Shown here piece by piece: positions 1 to 5,973 of a stretch of DNA of 63,384 bases. The notes beneath the pieces are model-generated. The model had not been told where the DNA came from. It worked only from the letters and a program-made list of their open reading frames with translations, and made no database searches. Location: assembly GCA_022574295.1 (NCBI GenBank), contig JACZSJ010000002.1, positions 1 to 63,384 of the forward strand, in the 5' to 3' direction. The translations under genes and the position numbers were made by a program. The stretch's first letter is position 1, and every line of letters starts with the position of its first letter. Source of the DNA: Pseudomonadota bacterium (GTDB lineage Bacteria > Pseudomonadota > Gammaproteobacteria > Eutrophobiales > Eutrophobiaceae).

Positions 1-199
1 GCATCATTGGGCTCGCCTGCTTCAGGCCAAAGACTTTCATGTAAAGTTAATTGCATCCAGCTATGGAACATATGTTAATGCGTGCCTATGATAAAGATGA
101 AATTGAAGATGAACTCAAAATTGCTTTTGAAAAGTTAGAATTCACTGTTGACGAAGATGATATACCTTTTTAATATTGTTCAAAATTTACTATAAGAAG

Positions 200-472
200 T
201 TATTTTAGTGGTTTTACCATCACCGTTTTTCTCCTATAAATCCGCTCAGTGATTTCTTCATTTGCATGTCCAAGTAATTGCCTAGCATGCCCCACTTCTA
301 AATCACTAGCAACCTTTGCCCTTAAATCATGTTCGGTAAATCTTTCAGTTAATTTTGTTTCCTTTAAAGCTTTATTCATAAATCTTCTCCATATCGAATC
401 AAATCCATTCGCTGTTCCATCTTTTTTGATATAAGGCTGGTGTTTGTTAGTATAAAATACTGGAGCGCCTGT
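200..472 (-). pseudogene. 3' fragment of a tyrosine recombinase / phage-type integrase gene (C-terminal catalytic region only)
   Basis: Manual minus-strand translation (below the ORF-track length cut-off) reads ...PYIKKDGTANGFDSIWRRFMNKALKETKLTERFTEHDLRAKVASDLEVGHARQLLGHANEEITERIYRRKTVMVKPLK*, with the stop at 200-202. HDLRA...LLGH...Y is the C-terminal catalytic signature of tyrosine recombinases. The frame is closed upstream by a stop at 512-514, so roughly the N-terminal two thirds of a normal integrase is missing. Confidence 0.7.
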
Positions 473-525
473 GCAAGATTGAATCCTTACCTGGTGTAAA
501 AATCTATAGAATTAAGCGATACAGA

Positions 526-1332
526 ATGATAAAAAAAATAATTTACATTATTTGTCTGTCGCATTTGCTTATCTGTAGCAATGCTATTGCTGAAGAGATA
601 CTCCGTATGGCAGTTACGACCAGCACGGAAAATTCAGGCATATTGTCTGTGTTACTTCCACCCTTCGAGGACGAACATCAAATAAAAATACATATTCTCT
701 CTGTGGGGACTGGCAAGGCACTCAGGTTGGGACAAAATGGCGATGTTGATCTGGTGCTTGTGCATGCGCCAGACGCCGAGAAAAGATTTATCAATGCGGG
801 TTATGGTGTGAGTCGTATATCGGTCATGCATAATGACTTTATATTACTGGGGCCAGACAGAGATCCCGCAGGCGTGAAAAAAACAACTTCGTTGGCAGCG
901 GCTCTCAGCCTGATACAGAAGAGTCAAACGACTTTTATTTCTCGCGGTGATGATTCCGGCACGCACAAGAAAGAACAGAGGCTCTGGGAAGTTGCGGGCA
1001 TTAATCCGGAAGGTGACTGGTATCTCCCGATCGGGCAGGGGATGGGTGCCGCTCTAACCATGGCAAATGAGAAACAGGCTTATATTCTGTCAGACCGAGG
1101 CACATATCTTGCGTATTTGGGGAAAATGAACCTCGATATCGTTTATGAGAAGGATGAAATTCTGAATAATCCTTACCACATTATTATGGTTAATCCGGAG
1201 AACCATCCACATATAAAAACTGAACTGGCACAGAAATTTATCAATTTTATTACAGGTGAAAAAGGGCAGGGGATCATTCGTGCCTTTCGTATCAATAACA
1301 AACCTGTGTTTTACCCAGATGTAATAAATTAA
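526..1332 (+). CDS. tupA: periplasmic tungstate/oxyanion ABC-transporter substrate-binding protein (TupA-like, PBP fold)
   Basis: 268-aa ORF with an N-terminal signal peptide. Motifs are TTSTENSGIL, VGTGKAL, GDVDLVLVHAP and MHNDFILLGPDRDPAG, typical of the TupA/PBP-like-2 family. No permease or ATPase gene is adjacent. Confidence 0.75.
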   Translation: MIKKIIYIICLSHLLICSNAIAEEILRMAVTTSTENSGILSVLLPPFEDEHQIKIHILSVGTGKALRLGQNGDVDLVLVHAPDAEKRFINAGYGVSRISVMHNDFILLGPDRDPAGVKKTTSLAAALSLIQKSQTTFISRGDDSGTHKKEQRLWEVAGINPEGDWYLPIGQGMGAALTMANEKQAYILSDRGTYLAYLGKMNLDIVYEKDEILNNPYHIIMVNPENHPHIKTELAQKFINFITGEKGQGIIRAFRINNKPVFYPDVIN

Positions 1333-1340
1333 GGAACCTC

Positions 1341-1790
1341 CTATTTAAAGGCAGGAGTTTCAGTTTTTCGGTACCAGTTTCTATCTTCAATTTCCAGGAG
1401 AAACTCGTACGCTTCCCTAAAACGAATGGTTTGTGTTACTAGATAATCCAGCTGTTCGTCGAATCGATGCTGCTTTTCATCGTCTGTCGTTTCCCACCAT
1501 GAGCTTAGCCAGTATGATTCATGCATAGGCTGGAAAAATTTGTAAAATCTTCCCCAATGCCATGCTTTTGGGCAGATTTTTCCTGTTACTTCCATATGTA
1601 ATTTAAGAGAATTCAATTTTTCGATGTTATTCCGTCGCTCTTCAATGAAATTCTGATATTTCAGGAAACCATCCTTGAGATAGATGGGGTCATTTGTCCC
1701 TTGATACCCTGGCAAATATTGTTTGTGTTGCATTCCTGTTGAAAGGTTGACTGTTCCATCAAAAGCAGTGTTTGTATTCTTCATATTCAC
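1341..1790 (-). CDS. hypothetical protein, Trp-rich, no family recognised
   Basis: 149-aa ORF with an ATG start, convergent with tupA across an 8-nt gap. No signal peptide or TM segment; contains unusual W-rich stretches (AWHWGRFYKFF, SYWLSSWWETT). Confidence 0.55.
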   Translation of the reverse strand: MNMKNTNTAFDGTVNLSTGMQHKQYLPGYQGTNDPIYLKDGFLKYQNFIEERRNNIEKLNSLKLHMEVTGKICPKAWHWGRFYKFFQPMHESYWLSSWWETTDDEKQHRFDEQLDYLVTQTIRFREAYEFLLEIEDRNWYRKTETPAFK

Positions 1791-1988
1791 TCCAGTTAGT
1801 TCTATTTTAATGTTTATATTGCACTAGAAATGTGGCCTAAATATGGTAGTAATATGAAAAGATAAAGAAACTTCGTTTTAATTTTTGAACGTAATTTGAT
1901 TGTCAGCACAGAGAAATTATTGTGCGGTGCATTAGGCAACAATTAAATAATCTCGGAATACGCCGGTAATATTCGATTTATAAATAAC

Positions 1989-2016
1989 TTGAAAATCTTG
2001 GCATAGTTGTGATATT
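1989..2016 (+). promoter_or_regulatory. candidate sigma70 promoter of the cold-shock gene
   Basis: TTGAAA (1989-1994), a 16-nt spacer, then GATATT (2011-2016) preceded by TGT. It would give a 5' UTR of roughly 125 nt, as is usual for cspA-type genes. Sequence inspection only. Confidence 0.3.
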
Positions 2017-2147
2017 GAACTATGCTTCGGCTGTTGCAGTTGGGTTGTATTAGTGGCGTCGGAAGTATCCATTGTGTTCCTGCCGTATATTCGCTTCATT
2101 CAGCTATTGCTGCGTTCTTCAATTCTGAAAGTCAGGGGTGTTATTTT

Positions 2148-2354
2148 ATGAGTACGGGAACAGTTAAGTGGTTTAATGATTCAAAAGGCTTTGGTTTTAT
2201 AGCGCCAGACGGTGGTGGTGATGACGTCTTCGTACATTATTCTGCAATTGCATCAGAGGGGTTTAAGTCCCTTACAGAGGGCCAAAGCGTTAATTATGAA
2301 GTTGTGGAGGGTCCGAAGGGTTCACATGCTTCGGAAGTTACGGTAAACAGCTGA
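2148..2354 (+). CDS. cspA: cold-shock protein, CspA family
   Basis: [34 protein letters not shown]... carries the RNP1/RNP2 motifs of the CSD fold. The ORF-track entry 2022..2354 is an upstream over-extension; the ATG at 2148 gives the canonical 68-aa protein. Confidence 0.95.
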   Translation: MSTGTVKWFNDSKGFGFIAPDGGGDDVFVHYSAIASEGFKSLTEGQSVNYEVVEGPKGSHASEVTVNS

Positions 2355-2375
2355 TATTTTTTACCATTTGTAGTA

Positions 2376-2406
2376 AAACCCCCGCAAATGCGGGGTTTTT
2401 ATTTTC
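2376..2406 (+). terminator. rho-independent terminator after cspA
   Basis: aaaaCCCCGCaaatGCGGGGtttttatttt: a GC-rich 6-bp stem, a 4-nt loop and a T-run. Confidence 0.85.
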
Positions 2407-2421
2407 AGGAACAATGTATGA

Positions 2422-2583
2422 GGGCACCGCTATTAATATATGGATAAGCCTATTGAGTCCAAAACCTCCAATAGCCACGTTACTAAACAATTGCAATAGA
2501 ACAACTATTACAATCACTTAGTGCCTTGCTCTTGAAAATTTTGAATCTCAACATCATCTCACCCATAATCAATAGAGGTGCCC
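2422..2583. repeat. small TIR-bounded (MITE-like) element, copy A
   Basis: Left end GGGCACCGCTATTAAT (2422-2437) and right end ATCAATAGAGGTGCCC (2568-2583) form a 14/16 inverted repeat. The same terminal sequence bounds a second element at 23129-23267. Confidence 0.5.
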
Positions 2584-2638
2584 TTAACTATCGAGTCTCA
2601 CATTGAGTTGACCATCGCAAACAAGGTGATATCGTAAG

Positions 2639-2833
2639 GTGACTATGGCTGCTTGGGAACAGATTTTATTGGGTATTGGCGCGCTTTTATTGGTATTTTT
2701 TTTCTGGCCAGGGGTCAAGGTCACGATGGAAAAGAGTCGACAGGCGGAAAATCCGGACTGGGCGAGTGTATTTATCCCTATTGGGGTCGTCGTGATATTT
2801 ATTGTGTTCTTAGTGATGATTGCGCGGTCATAA
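2639..2833 (+). CDS. small two-TM membrane protein (hypothetical)
   Basis: 64-aa ORF with the SD-like AAGGTG 5 nt upstream of the ATG. It has two clear hydrophobic helices separated by a charged loop. The overlapping ORFs 2584..2850(-) and 2653..2859(+) look like artefacts. Confidence 0.55.
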   Translation: MTMAAWEQILLGIGALLLVFFFWPGVKVTMEKSRQAENPDWASVFIPIGVVVIFIVFLVMIARS

Positions 2834-2888
2834 ATTCTGGAATACCGCATGTTATATAATCGACAGATTTTTATGAGAGTATTGTGTA

Positions 2889-3269
2889 ATGAAAAAAATT
2901 AGTCTTATATGTTTTCTGATGTTGTTTCTGAATTTTGGGTTTGCTTCTGTATATGCCGAAGAAGAGGAAGAAGTACTCAGCGGTCAGGAACTGCTTGACG
3001 AATGTAGTGAAGGGTATTTGCCCGGGAAACCTAACCAGTATTGTATGCAATATATATTTGGCCTGGTCCAGACGTTGGCAGCTCTACAGGAAATGGAAGC
3101 CGGCAATAAACTTTTTTGTATCGATCCAAACGTGATTGGACTTGAAGAAGTGACGGATAATGTCACAAAGTGGATGAATAATGTCCCTGAGCGTCTCAAT
3201 GAGGGTGCCTATATCCTCGCCACACAGGCGCTGCATGAATCCTACCCATGTGCACCAAATAATATTTAA
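2889..3269 (+). CDS. secreted Rap1a/Tai-family immunity-like protein (putative)
   Basis: 126 aa with a signal peptide. The pattern G-x-ELLxxC ... C-x-x-Y-I-x-G ... FC-x-P ... V-x-x-W ... PE ... A ... L ... YPC matches my recollection of the Rap1a/Tai4-like periplasmic immunity domain. Not verified by HMM. Confidence 0.5.
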   Translation: MKKISLICFLMLFLNFGFASVYAEEEEEVLSGQELLDECSEGYLPGKPNQYCMQYIFGLVQTLAALQEMEAGNKLFCIDPNVIGLEEVTDNVTKWMNNVPERLNEGAYILATQALHESYPCAPNNI

Positions 3270-3306
3270 AATATCTATGCATAGTCCAGAAAAATAACCC
3301 AAATAA

Positions 3307-3963
3307 ATGCCCGAACTAGATCTATTATCAACACTGTTTGTTTATGTGATCCCAATCATTTTTGCAATTACCTTTCACGAGGTTGCGCATGGGTGGGTTG
3401 CAAGTCAATTTGGCGATCAAACGGCAAAATCCCTGGGGAGATTGACACTTAACCCAATAAAACACATCGATCCTGTAGGTACTATCGTTGTCCCCGCGGT
3501 CATGTATTTTGCTAGTGGGTTCATATTCGGTTGGGCCAAACCTGTCCCGGTAAACTGGCGAAATCTTGGTCATCCCCGAAGAGATATGGCGTTGGTGGCC
3601 CTTGCAGGGCCTGCAGCAAATTTCTTGATGCTATTATTCTGGGCCATTCTGGCAAAGGTCATTTTATTGCTTGGGAGTGAGCCGAATTATTTGACACAGT
3701 TAATATTTAGTATGTGTGGTATTGGCATCATAATTAATATCGTATTAATGATACTTAATCTCTTCCCTTTGTTGCCATTGGATGGTGGTCGGGTCCTGAC
3801 TGCAATGCTCCCTCGCAATCTGGCAATAACATTTTCACGCCTGGAGCCTTACGGTTTGATCATACTTGTACTTCTTCTGGTTAGCGGCATCCTTTGGGAA
3901 ATATTAATGCCAGCCATTGGTGTGTTGAAAACTCTGACTTATCAGTTAATACAGATTCCCTGA
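3307..3963 (+). CDS. site-2 protease family (peptidase M50) membrane metalloprotease
   Basis: 218 aa, multi-TM, with an HEVAHG zinc motif near the N-terminus and a downstream LNLFPLLPLDGG motif. Confidence 0.85.
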   Translation: MPELDLLSTLFVYVIPIIFAITFHEVAHGWVASQFGDQTAKSLGRLTLNPIKHIDPVGTIVVPAVMYFASGFIFGWAKPVPVNWRNLGHPRRDMALVALAGPAANFLMLLFWAILAKVILLLGSEPNYLTQLIFSMCGIGIIINIVLMILNLFPLLPLDGGRVLTAMLPRNLAITFSRLEPYGLIILVLLLVSGILWEILMPAIGVLKTLTYQLIQIP

Positions 3964-4056
3964 TTTAGAGATTAAAAATAAAGCTCCCAGGAGACACGAG
4001 ATCGGGGCACATCAGGATTTATCTGGGGTTATTTCTTCACACGTGTGATGAATGAA

Positions 4057-4674
4057 TCAGGTACTGATATCTGGTTTATGTTGTTTAGCGATCACAAGAT
4101 AACGTAAGGGTCCACCGGGACGAATAGCATCAAAGGGATAGCAGGTAATCAAGGTCAGTTTGTCTTCCTGTGACGAGCCGAGATATTCAATCTCTCTCTC
4201 ATGAACGATCTTTGTTTCAATCACCTCATATTGCAGAGTATTTCCCGCTACTGTTTGCAGATGTATTATTTCACCCTGTTGGATCGCCTTTAAAAACCCG
4301 TAATGAGTGTTTCGATGACCTGCGAGCACGGTATTGCCCTGTTGTCCTGGTAAGGAAGAACTAAAAAGATGTCCCGGACCGAAAGCAAGTGAGGATCCAC
4401 TTGCTCCGGCCAGGACGATGCGGTCAATTCCAAGACGGGACACGGTGAGACGACAGATGGGTCAGTGATCCGCCCATGGCCAGGGTTTAACCTCCTGTTG
4501 GCCATCGCGTGTTTTGTCCCAGGCCGTCTCCAGGAGGACTTGTGCCAGGATTGCCTTGGCGTGGATATAGGACGCGCTGCCTATTTGCCACATACCGCAG
4601 AGGGGGAGGAGGAGCAATAAAACCTTGATTATTTTTGAACAGGAGGGAGCCATGTTTGACTTCTTCTGGTTCAA
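4057..4674 (-). pseudogene. class GN (marine proteobacterial) sortase, interrupted by one in-frame TGA
   Basis: ORFs 4462..4674 and 4057..4443 are in the same frame (618 nt = 206 codons), separated only by the TGA at 4462-4464. The joined product reads ...YIHAKAILAQVLLETAW...VKPWPWADH*PICRLTVSRLGIDRIVLAGASGSSLAFGPGH...AGHRNTH...LTLITCYPF...GGPLRY, with sortase His, TLxTC Cys and Arg all present. The likely true start is the ATG at 4653. Confidence 0.8.
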
Positions 4675-4870
4675 TTCCTTCCGGTATAACCTCGGCAGGT
4701 TTTTCGATGACTATCTCATTTTTTGTGACATCATCGGATGTTTCGGCGCCTAGCCCGTTAGAAACAAGCATGACGATGAGTATTATGACGAGATTGAAAA
4801 AAAAACCGCTACAAAACCCGGCAAAGATACATTGCAATGTGCCTATGAATATCGATTTTTGTCGTTTCAT
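4487..4870 (-). CDS. uncertain 127-codon ORF occupying the position of the expected sortase substrate gene
   Basis: The N-terminal 65 aa look protein-like (MKRQKS, a long hydrophobic segment, then an acidic linker). The last 60 codons or so overlap the sortase N-terminus in another frame and are P/G/R-rich, i.e. probably not genuine coding. Confidence 0.3.
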   Translation of the reverse strand: MKRQKSIFIGTLQCIFAGFCSGFFFNLVIILIVMLVSNGLGAETSDDVTKNEIVIEKPAEVIPEGIEPEEVKHGSLLFKNNQGFIAPPPPLRYVANRQRVLYPRQGNPGTSPPGDGLGQNTRWPTGG

Positions 4871-5275
4871 TTTGCAACCTTATGCATGAACCATACTGCT
4901 GTATCGATGATTACATTGTGTGGTCATACAATCAGCACCTTCGATAAAGGCGCCGAGTCCAAAACCAATATTTTTTCTATTTGAGAAATGATTATCTGTT
5001 TCTGCATGAGTGAGCATGGAGATTAAAAGCAGGCTAAGTGAATAAAATTAGTTTAGATTGACGCATCGGGTTTCTTCTTCATTAGATTTTTGAATCATCA
5101 GACTATTTACCTGTCATCTATTACAGCGTTAAAAGCTGACGGCAGAAGGTTTCAATTAAGGAAATGTGCAGGCGAAATGTGGCAGAAATATGGAAATTTT
5201 AATGTCAGTCAACAATCAGGTACTTTATTGAGTTACAGTAGGGAAAACATAACAACCGTAATTGCAGGAAATAAT

Positions 5276-5965
5276 ATGAGTAGACATATTGTATTGGTTG
5301 AAGACGAACCAGGCATACGTGAGAACTATGCGGATGCATTACGTCAGCAGAATTACGAAGTGACAAGTTACGAGAACAAATTTGATGCCATGCTGGCTTT
5401 CAAGTCCGGATTGCCAGATCTGGTTTTGTTGGATATTGGACTGGGAGATGATGCAGAAGCAGGGTTTGATATGTGCAGAGAGTTAAGACACCTTTCACTG
5501 ACTTTGCCGATTATATTTTTAACTGCCCGAGATTCTGATATTGATGCGATTTCTGGTCTAAGGCTGGGTGCAGATGATTACATCACTAAAGATATTAATA
5601 TTCATCAGCTCCTGGCCAGGATCGCTGCATTGTTCCGACGTGTAGATGCGATAAAAGAAAGTGGCAAGGACGACAGACGCATCAAGCATAATGATTTGAT
5701 GATGGATGTTGATTGTTTGTTGATTGAATGGAAGGGGCAGCGTATCGAACTCACGCTAACAGAATTCTGGATTGTCCATTCTCTCGCACGTATTCCAGGA
5801 CATGTGAAAAATCGAGAACAGTTAATGAGCGAAGCAAACATTTTTGTTGATGACAGTACGGTGACCTCCCATATGAAAAGGATAAGAAAGAAGTTCAAGG
5901 AGACTGATAAAGAGTTTGATTGTATTGAAACGATGTATGGTATGGGTTATCGCTGGAACGCATAA
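5276..5965 (+). CDS. OmpR-family response regulator (context: dedicated sortase-system regulator)
   Basis: MSRHIVLVEDEPGIR..., receiver Asp in LVLLDIGL, and a winged-helix C-terminus ending in GMGYRW. The ATG at 5276 is preceded by AGGAA; the ORF-track start at 5090 is an over-extension. Confidence 0.9.
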   Translation: MSRHIVLVEDEPGIRENYADALRQQNYEVTSYENKFDAMLAFKSGLPDLVLLDIGLGDDAEAGFDMCRELRHLSLTLPIIFLTARDSDIDAISGLRLGADDYITKDINIHQLLARIAALFRRVDAIKESGKDDRRIKHNDLMMDVDCLLIEWKGQRIELTLTEFWIVHSLARIPGHVKNREQLMSEANIFVDDSTVTSHMKRIRKKFKETDKEFDCIETMYGMGYRWNA

Positions 5966-5973
5966 ATGATTCA

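Noticed and set aside
249-434. Plus-strand 61-aa ORF
   Set aside because: It lies antisense to the integrase C-terminal fragment, whose translation has clear family motifs. Its own sequence is Cys/Ser/Leu-rich with no RBS.
435-525. Possible molybdenum-cofactor riboswitch upstream of the tupA-like gene
   Set aside because: Only about 90 nt are available. Part of that is the open frame of the integrase remnant, and I could not find the conserved Moco-motif stems.
2022-2147. N-terminal extensions suggested by the ORF track (also 5090-5275, 14795-14914, 17318-17374, 60139-60219)
   Set aside because: In each case the family-typical N-terminus begins at an internal ATG with an SD. The extension either overlaps the neighbouring gene or lacks similarity to the family.
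2584-2859. ORFs 2584..2850 (-) and 2653..2859 (+) overlapping the small membrane-protein ORF
   Set aside because: Only 2639..2833 has a good SD and a coherent two-TM hydropathy pattern. The others have odd composition and no RBS.
4037-4048. Perfect 12-bp palindrome TCACACGTGTGA, 9 nt downstream of the sortase stop
   Set aside because: It is a single short occurrence with no T-run (so not a terminator) and no second copy seen in the window. That is too little evidence for an operator call.
4462-4464. TGA read as Trp (genetic code 4) or selenocysteine
   Set aside because: Several confidently called genes in the window end in TGA (for example 3961-3963 and 31520-31522). Sortases are not selenoproteins, and I see no SECIS-like hairpin. 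A nonsense mutation or a sequence error is the simpler reading.
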